Shown here one piece after another: positions 1 through 12,718 of a stretch of DNA of 64,000 nucleotides. The DNA is from the human T2T-CHM13v2.0 reference genome, Homo sapiens: the NCBI RefSeq assembly GCF_009914755.1, contig NC_060929.1; one strand, given 5' to 3'. Numbering within the stretch: position 1 is the first letter of the stretch; every line of letters begins with the position of its first letter. A model generated the notes under the pieces. That model did no database searches. It had not been told where the DNA came from and worked only from the letters and a program-made list of their open reading frames with translations. The position numbers were made by a program, and so were the translations under genes.

Positions 1-362
1 CAGCCATCCTCCACTGTGCAATTGAGCAGACTCAAACTAAATTATAAAGACAAGCCCTGCCTTGCTGGCAGGACTAGCTCCTAGGCCCTCTGCATGCAGA
101 AGGTGTGTGATCTTCCATCCAGACTCTATATTGAGGGCTAGGCTCAGCTGAAATCATATGACACCTTTTGTTTGACTATGTACAAAAGAGTGTTTTTAAT
201 ATCTCTCCGTTCGATCTTCATCCAAGCCTCCATTGAGAAAAAATATAGTATTCCAAGAAAATTAACTTAATGACCCAGATGCTCACAGATAAATCCTGAT
301 ATCAAGGCAGATGGGCTGAGAGCAGGATAACACTATTGGGTCATGCTGTACATTCCTTCTAA

Positions 363-545
363 GCACAGACACTCACACATTCACACACCCCACACACATA
401 TCCACACATTAACACACATATCCACACACCACACATATTTACACTCATACATGCACTCACACACATATAAACACCCACCCACAGACACACAACCACCCCC
501 CCACACACACACAAACATACCACATAGACACCACACACATGCGTA
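363..545 (+). repeat. Degenerate (CA)n low-complexity tract
   Basis: CACA/CATA-rich run; source of the His/Thr and Val/Cys ORFs in the track. Confidence 0.9.
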
Positions 546-597
546 CATAGCACCAGAGCCCTCATCCTGTCCTAAGGTCTTCATAAGAACCAGCCCT

Positions 598-907
598 GGC
601 CGGGCATGGTGGCTCACATCTGTAATCCCAGTTGTGAGATTGGGAGGCCGAGGCGGGTGGATCACGAGGTCGGGAGTTCAAGACCAGCCTGGCCAAGATG
701 GTAAAACCCCGTCTCTACTAAAAAATACAAAAATTATGCCTGTAATCCCAGTTACTCAGGAAGCTGAGGCAGGAGAATTGCTTGAACCCAGGAGGCGGGG
801 GTTGTAGTGAGCCAGGATTACTGCACTCTAGCCTGGGTGGCAGAGCAAGACTCCATCTCAAAAAATAAATAAATAAATAAATACATAAATGAAAAGAAAA
901 AGAAAAA
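598..907 (+). mobile_element. AluS element with small internal deletions
   Basis: Starts ggccgggcatggtggctcac, A-rich linker, (TAAA)n/A tail; 13-bp TSD aagaaccagccct at 585-597 and 908-920. Confidence 0.95.
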
Positions 908-1062
908 AAGAACCAGCCCTATGCCCCCTGCAGTGCCCACTGGAGGATGCCTGAGGTACTTGTGAAGGGCACTGATCATGTTCTCTGCCAACCATTCAGA
1001 TAATCTAATCTCTTTCCAATCTCAGTACCACAGGCAGGTGTAAACCCTCAGGGCCCCGGGTA

Positions 1063-1127
1063 GTCTGGGTCCTTACTGTTGATATTTTAAATGTCTGGGT
1101 CCTTGCTGTTGATATTTTAAATGTCTG
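1063..1127 (+). repeat. 30-bp tandem duplication (about 2.2 copies)
   Basis: gtctgggtccttRctgttgatattttaaat repeated with 1 mismatch. Confidence 0.95.
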
Positions 1128-1919
1128 CAGATGTTACCCACTGTGAGGTGAGGTCTGTGTTTCCAGCTGTCACAGAGGACAGTCTTAGCTTTATTTCAGC
1201 CCTAACTCTATTCTTCCTTGGTCTTTCCTCTTCTTTTCCCTAACTGCAAATTCATAGCCCTTTGCCGTAGGTTTTGGTGTTTTGGTTGAGCTCCTCCAAA
1301 TTATTTCTCAAAGAAACATATGAACATAGGAGTTAAATACTTAAAATACTAATCTTTGGGTGGATACTAGGTGGATTTTTTTTAAATCACAATATGTATA
1401 GCAAATCTTTAATTTGGAAATCTCATGGAATTAAATGATTAGGAATGTCAAGATAAAAACCATGTTAAAATTCATTTTATACGTCTACTATATTTCATTT
1501 ACCATAACATTTTAATTATTTTTATTGTTTTAAAATTGATTTGAGTAGAAAATACATATTTTAAAGTACCAATTTAAAAAGAACTTCCTTCTCTCCATCC
1601 TTTAAAAAATTTAAATTGGGATACATTTAGACTGAATTTTCACAAAGATAAAATGAAACAAAGCATTTTCACAAATAACTGAATTCACTTTGAGTACAGA
1701 TATCTAAGGTAAGAAAAACTCATAAATCAGTGGCTGTCTAACCCTAGTGTATGGGTTGTAGTGGAGAAACAAGGAAAAGAAAGTTAATCATTCTGTCTAA
1801 AATCTTCACTTGTTCATCAGAAGGGAGAAATGGTGTCTGTGGCTAAATGGCCCATTCGGGTATTTTAACTAAAATGAGGCCAAATGATTCTGCCTGCTTC
1901 CTGTCTTTCTCCTTGCTCA

Positions 1920-1920
<1 letters not shown>

Positions 1921-1965
<45 letters not shown>
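1921..1965 (+). repeat. (CA)n microsatellite
   Basis: About 22 perfect CA units. Confidence 0.98.
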
Positions 1966-1972
<7 letters not shown>

Positions 1973-2354
1973 TATTTTTCCATAGAAATGAAAGCTTTTG
2001 TATCTGTACTTTCAATTTAGTTGAGAACACTGAGACAGGCAATGGGCCAGGCATTCCACTCAGCTAACTGGTGTCCATGTCAGGCCTCCCCTGCCCCAGG
2101 CCCTCATTCCTGGGCATCCTGAGATCAGCTGTATTCTAGCTGCACTCTGTAGCCCCTCCTCCCAAGATCCAAACCCACATCTCTATTGATCTTCAATTTG
2201 TATGATTTATAAACTCATAAAATCAGCCCTTCGTACAGCAGAACTCTGCTCCTCTTACTCCAGAGCTGTTGTTCCTCTTAGCCTCCCTCAGTGAGAAATA
2301 GCAATGCTATTCTATAGGCCTCCTGATGCTGAGATCCTGTTGTGTATTGAAATG

Positions 2355-2474
2355 CCTCTCCCCAGCTGCTGTGTGCTAGTGATGGCCAGGAGTGTTTCTT
2401 TATTTTTTACCCAGCACATAGCACAATGCCCTCTACATAGTAGATGCTCACTAAATGGTTTGTTGAATGAATGA
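2355..2474 (+). mobile_element. L2 3' end fragment
   Basis: ...catagtagatgctcactaaatggtttgttgaatgaatga is a typical L2 terminus. Confidence 0.7.
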
Positions 2475-2690
2475 GATTTATGAACACTTATTAAAAAAGG
2501 TTGAACACTGGCATACAGTATTTCTGAAGAAGATAACAGTGATAATGAAGTAATCATGCCTGCAAGCAATATTTGTTCTCAGTGTATTAAGGATGGAAAG
2601 CATAGATTTATATGTGGAGTTTATTTCGAAGGTATTGTGCATGTTTTCAGAGTATGGTCACGGATCATCAGCAAGGCTTTCTATATTGAT
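2465..2690 (+). repeat. Copy 1 of an old local duplication (partner at 5341-5560)
   Basis: Colinear by-eye alignment with 5341-5560, roughly 75-80% identical. Confidence 0.85.
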
Positions 2691-3227
2691 CAAAATCCTT
2701 AAGAATGACAAAAGCAATGGTCTACCTTGTAAGACTGTAAGACTGTTGTGAGATGGTACATTCCTCTCTTGCTTTGTAGAGGCAGCCTCCTAGAAAATGG
2801 AAAGTGTTAAAATGTATATACCATGTATTTTCTACTCTTGGGCTTTGCCACTGATTAGAAACCATTTATTTTTGTGAGGTGTCAATATGATTTTTAGGGC
2901 TGGATTGGTAAAAAACAAACAAAAAACCTATCAGTGTAGTATTTTTTGCTGGGCAAGATGTTCATTCTTGGAACTTTCTCCAGTTCATCTGAATTTTTGT
3001 TTGGGTTAAAAAATTCAATCTGGGAGAAATATGTCAGCATCTACTTGCTATGCTGAAACTCAGGCCAGATCACTTTATAGAGAAATTTTACAAGATTCAC
3101 AGATAAATTTGCTAGGGAGAAACAAATTACATCATTAATATTATTTGTTGGGAGCTTCATCATTCAGAAAAAAAGGTTTAAAGGAAACAAGCACAGACAA
3201 AATGTCTTAATATTCCTGTAAAATCTT

Positions 3228-3545
3228 ACATTAATTAATATATATATTAATTATATAATATATAACATATCTTATAATTATATGCAATATAACATATATA
3301 ATATATAGTATGTATATACTATATAATATATAGTACATATTAGTTATATTTGTATAATAGACACATATAGTGTATGTACACTATGTCTATACAGGTACTG
3401 TATAGGCATATCCTATTCATATACAAGTATATACATATATAGGATAATTAGACTTATAGAGTACAATACATATTATTCATGTATTACATATAATTAATAT
3501 ATTATCTAGGTTATATTAATTTAATATCATTTATAAAGTATAAAC
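3228..3545. repeat. AT-rich (TA)n low-complexity region
   Basis: Degenerate TATA/ATAT runs. Confidence 0.85.
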
Positions 3546-4269
3546 TCAAAATCAACAAAATAAGTTTCCTTTTCCCCTCATGTTCTCAACATCCATTACC
3601 AGTGCAGGAACAGGGTTTCTAGGATGAATTCTGTCGAATAAGAAATTCCATAAGGGATGCGCGCACATCCTGTTCTTTAAAATTCCCCCAGTCAGAGAAT
3701 GCTACAGCTGGGATATCTAATTCAGGTCTTTTGCATTTGAAGGATGAGGAAATCAAAATCTAGAAAGACAGTATTCAGTCAAAAACTGCTCAGGGAGGCA
3801 AGAAGCCAGGTGGACCCCCCACCCGGCTCTGTCCTCAGTGGCTCCCACCGCCCCTCCCTTCACCCTCCTTTCCTGATTGTGCCAGGGTTTCCGGATTACT
3901 GACTTGGCACCCCCCAGGGGAGGTTTCAAGTACAAACTCTGTGACAGTGACCCCAGGCTCCCTCCAGGCTCACTCTCAGTGCTTCCCTCTCCGCAGGCTG
4001 CTCCCAAGCACCTTAGCAGTTGGGACGACGGGGCCCATTTACAGCATCACGAAGGCAGTCCCGGTGTCCAGGGATGCACACACGAACCCCTGGTTGCTCA
4101 GAGATTTCTAAGCACATGCAAGTTGTTGGCTTCTTGTAGAGACCCTGGGTTGTGGAGAAGATTCTTTGTGAGATGAATCGGATGCAGATAGCTATACGAG
4201 TTTGAATATTAAATTTTGACAACTTTTGGGGAAAGCCTTCTTCCATTTGAGTCCTAATGTGAGAACTGA

Positions 4270-4860
4270 TCACCTGTAGAGCTGGTGGCAGTTCTCAGTG
4301 GGGATGTCATAGAGCGAAGTAATCGGGGTTTTCCCAGGAGATAATAATAAAGCTAGTCTTTTGTTGTCTGTAGCATCCACCATGGTGCGCGGGGGAAGGT
4401 GGCAGGTGTGGTTTCCACGCTCCAGAGACCAGGCTCCCCTGTTCCCTGGTGGACAGACCTCGCCCTTCGGAGCGGAGCTCCTCCACAGCCAGGGCTGAGA
4501 GCCTGGCTTCCTTCTCCTCTTCCATGCCTTTAGATGTTTTCTAGTTTAGTTTTATCTTGGATGGGCTCGTGGCCACTCAGCACGTTTAGCGAGTTTTGTT
4601 CGAGGGGGCCTTTATTTGCATCTCCAGATTTCTGGGCGAGGACTTGCTGCCAGAACATATGAAGCCTCCATTTGTTTTGTATCCTCTGCTTTGTGTTGGG
4701 GTGCGGGTTGGGGGGTGGTAATGAAGGCTGCATCCCTTGCCACCAGAAATCCTGTACTGTTTTAGAGCAGAGAGTGAAACAACTTTGTGGGTGTGTGGAT
4801 AACCAATCAGAGGGCAGGGCAGGGGCGAACCAGGCAGGTGAGAGCTCCCTGGAGACACCC
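4270..4860. promoter_or_regulatory. CpG-enriched promoter/enhancer-like patch with CCAAT box and octamer
   Basis: CpG density higher than flanks; aaccaatcag at 4801-4810 beside GC-box-like gggcaggggcg; ATTTGCAT at 4614-4621; no repeat recognised. Confidence 0.45.
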
Positions 4861-5340
4861 TTGACCTTCAGTCACACGGCTCCTAGAGACAGGTCTGGAG
4901 CGTGATGTCGCCAAGCAGCAGGCAGACTTTGATGAGGCACAGACAGTGGTAACCTGGGTTTCCACAGATGCGCTGCTGTGAGCCAAAAGGGGCCTGTGTA
5001 GCCAGGCACACCCCTTCCAGTGAGCAGGGCTCTGCTACCTCCAAGACTAGCCCCTCCCAGGATCTGAAGCTTCCATAGCCTTGTCTACTGTCACGTTCAT
5101 TTCTTTTCAGAGAGCAATGTTCCACCTCCAAGACGTTTTTTCCTGACTAACTTCACCCTATGCACTGCCCACTTCTTCCACCTCCTCACCGCTCTTTGAT
5201 ATAAATGTCTCGTGCTCCACTTTAGCATGTATGTTTTTCTAGTGGTTTCCTTCAAATTAAGGATATCCTTCCTCCCAGATTGTATGCTCTTTGAGGTCAA
5301 AAAATACATCATATCTGTTCTGTTTCTCCCCTCATGCATT

Positions 5341-5560
5341 TGAATGAATGAGGTTTATGAATATTAATTTTAAAAAGTTGAACACAGGCACACAGCATTT
5401 CTGAAGGAGATAACAGTGAAAATGAAGTAAGCTCGCTCACAGGCAATATTTATTCTCAGTGTATTAAGAATGGAAAGCATAGACTCACGTTTGGAGTTCA
5501 TTTCAAAGGTATTGTGCAGGTTTTCAAAGCCTGGCAGGGCCAGGCTTTCTTATGATTCAG
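5341..5560 (+). repeat. Copy 2 of an old local duplication (partner at 2465-2690)
   Basis: tgaatgaatgag...gttgaacac...tttctgaagRagataacagtga...ctcagtgtattaag...ggtattgtgca shared by both copies. Confidence 0.85.
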
Positions 5561-6683
5561 ACGCCAGTGTGTCACATCTCCTCCTGCCGTAGCCGGTTGG
5601 CTCCGTGGACGGAGAGGGAGCATTTCTGGTTCTCTTAGTACCCACAGCGTAGGAATCACCATCTCTAGCACAGATAAGTGCTCAATAGCTTTTTGCAAAT
5701 TAGTGACGGAGTGAAAGAATGTATGAATTAAGTAAGCCACGACCCAGTTATCAGCAGAGGGCACCACTGGGCCACATAAAGCTCCCCTGGAAAGGTCAAA
5801 CCTTCCATCTCAACCATCAGAGAAAGCCCCACTCACTGGCTGCTCCTAATTCTCAACTGAAAATGCTTTTCTGTGGGTGATCCGGAAAGGAAGGAAAAAA
5901 CCTTTCCATGTCTAAAAACAAACTTCTGTAGCTTGTTTTTAATTTCCCCCTTGTGATAAATTAATGCACACCCCTTGCCAACAATTACAAAAGGATCCAA
6001 GCAGCATGAGAACTGATTACAATCCGATAACCCAGAGATAGCAATGATTCATATTTCACAGTCTTGGTGAATTTTCTTTTGTTCCTTTTTTCTACATCTC
6101 TATCCATTGACACCCTTAGTATCCATCGGGAGAGCCTTTCTTGGGTTCTTTTTCCACTTACCGTGGCTTTCTTCCAAATTGCTTGTAGCTGTGTAAAATT
6201 TTAAAACTTTGTATTAATGCTGACATATCAACCCATTGATTGTTTAATTTTTGCTTGGACTCTTAAAGAAACCTGAAAGGTGTGAGTATGCCCCCAAAGG
6301 GTACAGTTTCTCCTAAAGGAGACTCCCCCGAATCTTCGACCACAGCATTCTGTGTGGGACGACTTGGCAGCTTCATAGAACAAGGGGCTCCACCATCTGA
6401 GGCGCAAAGTGCTTTGCCAGCAAAATTTACCTTTCTCGGAGGCTGCATATCTGATTACAGAAGTAAATAATACCCTTTCCCTTCAAAAGAATTCGCTCAC
6501 TGGAGAATACACCTTCTGTAGGGGGCATTTTTCTGATTCAATTCTGAGGTGGTCTTTCCTTGTTAAGCAGGGAGAATGGCACGTCCACAGAGAGCTCACA
6601 GGGAGAATTCTGACAAAAGCCTTCCCTTCCCAGAAGGGGGAAGGTCAAAATCTTTCACTCCTCTTTGTATTGTTTTCAGAGGC

Positions 6684-6685
<2 letters not shown>

Positions 6686-6724
<39 letters not shown>
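6686..6724 (+). repeat. (TG)n microsatellite
   Basis: Perfect TG run. Confidence 0.98.
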
Positions 6725-6727
<3 letters not shown>

Positions 6728-8449
6728 ACTGTTAACCAGTCTTGTTTTAAACACCATTCCCTATTTTTTATAACAACCCTAGACTACATCTGAGAAGCAT
6801 CCATTATAATATTATATTGGCAGCTCCATTGAGTGCATTTTCTGCATATTTGGGGAAATAGTCCTGGCCTAGTAATTTCCTTTATAAAAAAGGATTTTCA
6901 TTAAAATATGATGCAATCTCTTGTGTAAACAGTGCTGACAAGTTTGGTCTATGTTTCTCCATTTTTGGCATTCTTTTATTTCATGAAAGCACACACTGCT
7001 TTTCTCTTCTTATGTTGCTTTCTTCTTTAGCTTTCTTGTAAGGAAATAATATATCCATTTAATACCTTAGGGTAATTGCAGTAAGAGAAAATGCTAGTCA
7101 AAAAAAAATAGAGTAGGGGAAAAGGAACAGGAGTAATTTATGGTCCCTTCAGGGTGAATATGAAGAAGTTTAAACAATAAATAATTTAACATTGAAAAAA
7201 ATTTAAAAATGGCAGCCAGTAGGTAAAATGTAGACTGAATCAGGTAGCAGACAAGGCGAAACTGATCTATACACACACGGAGCATTGATTCACAAACTCA
7301 GGCCACTCTTCTCTACAGGCTTTGTGGGCGTGACTGCGGCTGTCCTGATGATCTTTGCCTTCTGACAGCAACACTGCCAGCTGAGCACTGTCTAACCTGG
7401 GTGCTTCTGTGGATCCACCCTTTGTTTTCATGTTGTATCCTTAAATTCAAACTGCTTCCTATTTCTTCCTCCTAAACCGATACATGCACAGGGAGATCAC
7501 CGGCAAAGATGCGGATCTGTAAGAGGGCCATTATTCCACAATGGAGTGGCAACCTTCTCCTAAGGCCATATTGCCTTTTTTCCTTGAGTTTTTGTTTTTG
7601 TTTTTGTTTTTCAATTTCATTTGGTGTCCATGATAAGGATTCAAGTGTTCAGTAAGGTCACATTGCTTGGTATCTTGCATTTACTAATTCACGTGACTAT
7701 TCTTGTCCATTCATTCCACTAACTTACTGAGGTATTGTTCTCATTTTTTTTTTTTGGTTATGTGATGAAATGAGCCCCTATTAGAGAGTGCCAGTGTCCA
7801 GCTAATTTCAGAGAACAGCTGAAATGATTTTATATGCCCTAGTTCTGCCTGCCAATAAAGATTATGAGCTACATCAGGGCAGAGGTCATAATCCTCCTCT
7901 ATCTTCTCCATATAGCCCTCGGCATTTGTGCTGGCATCTCTTTCTACATACCCTCCTGCATGCCACTGAAAATGTATTCTCCCCAACTACTACTTTTCTC
8001 ATTCATCTGTGCATTTTAAAACTTTCAATAGTGGCTTGAAACCTATAGCATAAAGCATGCACTTCAGGATCACTGCCCCAACCCAAACACCAACAAGACT
8101 GTGCACATGCAGTGGTCTCCAAGACAGGGAGTGGGTGGAAGGGGAGGAAGACATCGGGGTAGCACCAGTAAAGCTCAGCACTGCCAGGCAGTGAGTGTCC
8201 CCTGGCTGGCGGTGCTGTAAGAGGGAGGCTGGAGCAGTGGCCTGCAGGCAGACGTTTGCACTTGGAGTTAAAAGCGTCCTTGAGTGTATGAGGGACTCTG
8301 AGGCTGGGCTGCTTCTATTCCCCAAAGCGTGAAGTGGAATGTGAAAAGAGGGCAGAAGCAGAACAGAGAACAGTGTCTGACTCAGGATGGAAGATAACAG
8401 ATCAGTAACTAAGGAAGGAATTAATTCAACAACAAAATTTACCTCCAAA

Positions 8450-8900
8450 AATGTCTTTGTGGAACCATGTGGCAGGAACAATAGGAGAATTCCCCTTTAA
8501 ATATTAAAGAATAAAAGAAAGTCCACCATCACTGATATTATTTATTGGCATCCTGGAGTTCCAACCAGTGTAATACAAGGAGGAAAAAAAAGAAGATCTG
8601 AATGTGAAAAGGAAACTTAGCATTATAGGAAGATAATGGATTGGCTGTAGATAATGGATTGGCAGCTAAAAACCTATTTTAAGTGAGTATAAATTTAGTA
8701 AGGCAGTTGACACCAAACAAATATGTTAAAAGCAGTAATCATTTGAAAGTGTACAATGCAGTGTCATAGAGTACATTGAGAACGTTGGGCAACCATCACC
8801 TCTATCTAGTTCCAAATCGTTTTCATCACTGTGGGAACTCTGTACTATCTTTGCACCTTTTCTGTAAATATAAAATTATTCAAAAATAGAAATTAACAAT
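8450..8900. mobile_element. Old L1M fragments in mixed orientation
   Basis: ORF2-like A-rich segment followed by 3' UTR motifs (gtgtacaat...caaccatcacc; ggaactctgtactatctttgca...ctgtaaat). Confidence 0.5.
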
Positions 8901-9829
8901 AGCAATGAAAAACATGACTTATAAGCCAAACACACAATGTTGGTGGCAGAAAGTCCTGATGTGCTGGGTTATTCAACTTGGAAGAGGAGCAGAGTCCTTA
9001 GAGGGAGCTTGGTTTCTGCCCAGTTTAGAACAGAGAAACAAAACCTTGCTGTTTTAGGTTTCCCAATACCTAAAACAAACGCTCATTTATGAGATTGCAA
9101 AGGAGAAATTAAAGAAAGTAAAAATAAGAAGCATTAATTAATATGGCAATATAAAGCTACCTTTAGAGACAGATTCAGGAGACTTTAGGGTCATTTCCAT
9201 TACGTTTTAGGGTAATGGAAACCAAGATCCTCCTTGGTGGCTTGATCTCTGTTTAATTTTGCTAATGGTGCAAATGTTCACCTGTTGAGGAACAAACTGG
9301 AAACAGGACTCAGTTTTTATGGATTCTGTTGGTTCCCCTTCCTGATCGTTGCTCCTATAAATTAAGTTTGGTCTTGAAGCAAAGAACCACTTCAGATGTT
9401 CTCCCATGAACTCATCACTCGATGAACACTTATTGTGTGATTAATGCTTGAATTCTTCCATTTGTTTTAAGGTTTTAGAAGAATAAAGCAAAGTGAAAGG
9501 GGAATCTGTGCTTCATAAATCCCTTCATCATTTTAATTTCAGTTAAACTCTATGGGACCCTTAAATGTGTAAATGGCTTTTCAGAGCATCTGTGGTGGGA
9601 GGGGGGGGTTTCCAAAAGTAAATCAGACGATTTGCATTACTTGTCACACTATTAACCTTCCTTTTGCCATTCGTTTACCTGAAATTAGACTTTAATTTTC
9701 CCCAGAAACAAGCAAAAACAGGCAGCCCCACATGTGAGAGCAGTGTGGACACTGGGGAAGAAAGGGCAGGTCTCAGGGAAACATTCAAACTCTTCATCCT
9801 GAAAGTGTCTCTGGGGCATGAGGATGTGG

Positions 9830-10260
9830 AGCAGCAGGCGTCATTTCCCCATCTTTCCGAAACACGTGTGGAGCATTCTCTTCTATGCCAGGCACACAGG
9901 ATTCAAACAGAACAGGACAGACACCTCCTTCCCTCACAGGAGTGACATTTCTGTCCAGGAAGGAAAAAGATAAAGACATAGGTAGTCACAGTAGTGAACA
10001 AGTGCTCTGAAGAAAACCTAGCAGAGTAACTGGATGGGTGAGTGGTTGAGGGCTGTTTTATTTAGAGAGACTAGGAAGGGTCTCTTTGAGTAGATGAAAT
10101 AGGCAGAAAGTCCTGAATTTTGAGAAAGAGGTAGCTCTGTAAAGATCTGGAGAATATATCTGAGCAAAAGGGAATAATAAGTCAAAGGTCTGGAAGCTGG
10201 AAAAATCACATGCAAGGTGTGGGATCTGCATCTGGATGCAGTGAGATGCCTTCTACAGGC
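9830..10260 (-). mobile_element. L2 fragment
   Basis: gagcattctcttctatgccaggcac...ggaagggtctctttgag...aaaggtctggaagctgg pattern. Confidence 0.6.
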
Positions 10261-10573
10261 ACTGAGAAGAGCTTAATAAACAATCTCAAAAATTCTGCAC
10301 AGTATGCAAAACAAAGGGAGGGGCATTTTCTTTTTTTCCTTTCTAAGAATCCACCAGCTTCCAGATTGAAACAACAAACATAGACCTGCTGCTTGAAGCA
10401 AAGTTGGTCAGCTGTGCACTTTTTCGTTAGCAGGGCAGCTGATAAGATTTGCCCTGCTGCAAACCATTTGTGTTAAAGCAGTTCTCTTTAATGTACGTTC
10501 TCTAAACACTGCTCTCTTTCATCCCAACTGTTAGGATGGCTATGTCACTTGAATCTCATGTGATCTATTTGTT

Positions 10574-11886
10574 ATTTTTTTATTTTTATTATACTTTTTA
10601 AGTTTTAGGGTACATGTGCACAACGTGCAGGTTAGTTACATATGTATACATGTGCCATGTTGGTGTGCTGCACCCATTAACATTAGGTATATCTCCTAAT
10701 GCTATCCCTCCCCGCTCCGCCCACCCAACAACAGGCCCCGGTGTGTGATGTTCCCCTTCCTGTGTCCATGTGTTCTCATTGTTCAATTCCCACCTATGAG
10801 TGAGAACATGCGGTGTTTGGTTTTTTGTCCTTGTGATAGTTTGCTGAGAATGATGGTTTCCAGCTTCATCCATGTCCCTACAAAGGACATGAACTCATGA
10901 TTTTTTATGGCTGCATAGTATTCCATGGTGTATATGTGCCACTTTCTTAATCCAGTCTATCATTGTTGGACATTTGGGTTGGTTCCAAGTCTTTGCTATT
11001 GTGAATAGTGCTGCGATAAACACACATGTGCATGTGTCTTCATAGCAGCACGATTTATAACCCTTTGGGTATATACCCAGTAATGGGATTGCTGGGTCAA
11101 ATGGTATTTCTGGTTCTAGATCCCTGAGGGATTGCCACACTGACTTCCACAATGGTTGAACTAGTTTACAGTCCCACCAACAGTGTAAGAGTGTTCCTAT
11201 TTCTCCACATCCTCTCCAGCACCTGTTGTTTCCTGACTTTTTAATGATTGCCATTCTAACTGGTGTGACATGGTATCTCATTGTGGTTTCGATTTGCATT
11301 TGTCTGATGGCCAGTGCCGCATTTCTACAACCGTCTCGTCTTTGACAAACCTGACAAAAACAAGAAATGGGGAAACAATTCTGTATTTAATAAATGGTGC
11401 TGGGAAAACTGGCTAGCCATATGGAGAAAGCTGAAACTGGATCCCTTCCTTACACCTTATACAAAAATTAATTCAAGATGGATTAAAGACTTAAGTGTTA
11501 GACCTAAAACCATAAAAACCCTAGAAGAAAACCTAGGCAATACCATTCAGGACATAGGCATGGGCAAGGACTTCATGTCTAAAACACCAAAAGCAATGGC
11601 AACAAAAGCCAAAATTGACAAATGGGATCTAATTAAACTAAAGAGCTTCTGCACAGCAAAAGAAACTACCGTCAGAGTGAACAGGCAACCTACAGAACGG
11701 GAGAAAATTTTTGCAATCTACTCATCTGACAAAGGACTAATATCCAGAATCTGCAATGAACTCAAACAAATTTACAAGAAAAAAACAAACAACCCTATCA
11801 AAAAGTGGGCAAAGGATATGAACAGACACTTCTTAAAAGAAGACATTTATGCAGCCAAAAGACACATGAAAAAATGCTCATCATCA
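10574..11886 (-). mobile_element. 5'-truncated, 5'-inverted (twin-primed) L1PA4/5-like element
   Basis: Poly(T), 3' UTR and ORF2 C-terminus on minus to ~11315; ORF2 piece on plus ~11314-11886; TSD gtgaYctatttRtt at 10560-10573 and 11887-11900. Confidence 0.93.
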
Positions 11887-12718
11887 GTGACCTATTTATT
11901 AACACATGCAACATAGTTGCAACATTTAGGGCTGTTTTCTATTAAAACAGATAAGCAACCTAAAAAGAACTGTGTGCAGTGGAGTTAGTGGAGCAGAGTG
12001 AGTACAGTGCGTTGTGGACTCTCTGAGATGGGTGTGACACTGAAAGACAATTTGATAAGTTGTGGATATGAACAATGCCTTTGCTGTAGGCATTCCGAGT
12101 GGAGTAGCGTGGAGCACTTGCCTGATTCTGAATCTTACAGCAGCCAGACTGTGCTAGAAGCAGCAGCTGTGCCCTGTACACCCCATCCCCTGTGCCCACG
12201 CCCAACCCCTGCAAGAGCTGGGTCAGGATTGATGACTTTGGTGATTGACTGTGTTGTCATTGGCATGACTGTGGGCATGATAGTTTAGAGAAGGCAGACC
12301 TTCAAACCCTGCTCCCTAGCCTTTATGAAAAATCCAATGCTTGATCATAAGGACTTAATGTTTTCTTAAGGCTCAAAATTGCACTTGAGAATGACACCCT
12401 GTGGCAGCCCATTTACTTGACTTCCTCCAGCCTGCTCGATGGCCCTGCTGGTTATGGGAGGTCTCTGGGCAGAAGAGGGAACTGCTAGGGGAAGCGGGTA
12501 CCTGATTTCTAGGCCCCAGAGAAATAATGAATATCAGTCAGATGCTATGCTAGTGACTTCTTTACCATCCACAGAGCATCTGATACCTCTTACCAGCTCT
12601 CAGGAGGCTCCAAATATACTTACATTTATGTTCTTTAAGTGATTGTCTAGATTTTTGCTTCTCCTGTTGCTGTGATTGTACTTTTAAAATTCCTTGTCCA
12701 TGTAGTACAAACTCATTT

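Noticed and set aside
343-807. 154-aa His/Thr-rich ORF
   Set aside because: Translation of a (CA)n tract running into an Alu.
7999-8481. 160-aa Leu/Ser-rich ORF
   Set aside because: Antisense to purine-rich sequence, non-ATG start, no recognisable homology.
8631-8663. 18-bp tandem duplication (similar 22-bp one at ~61821-61855)
   Set aside because: Common slippage products with no further structure.
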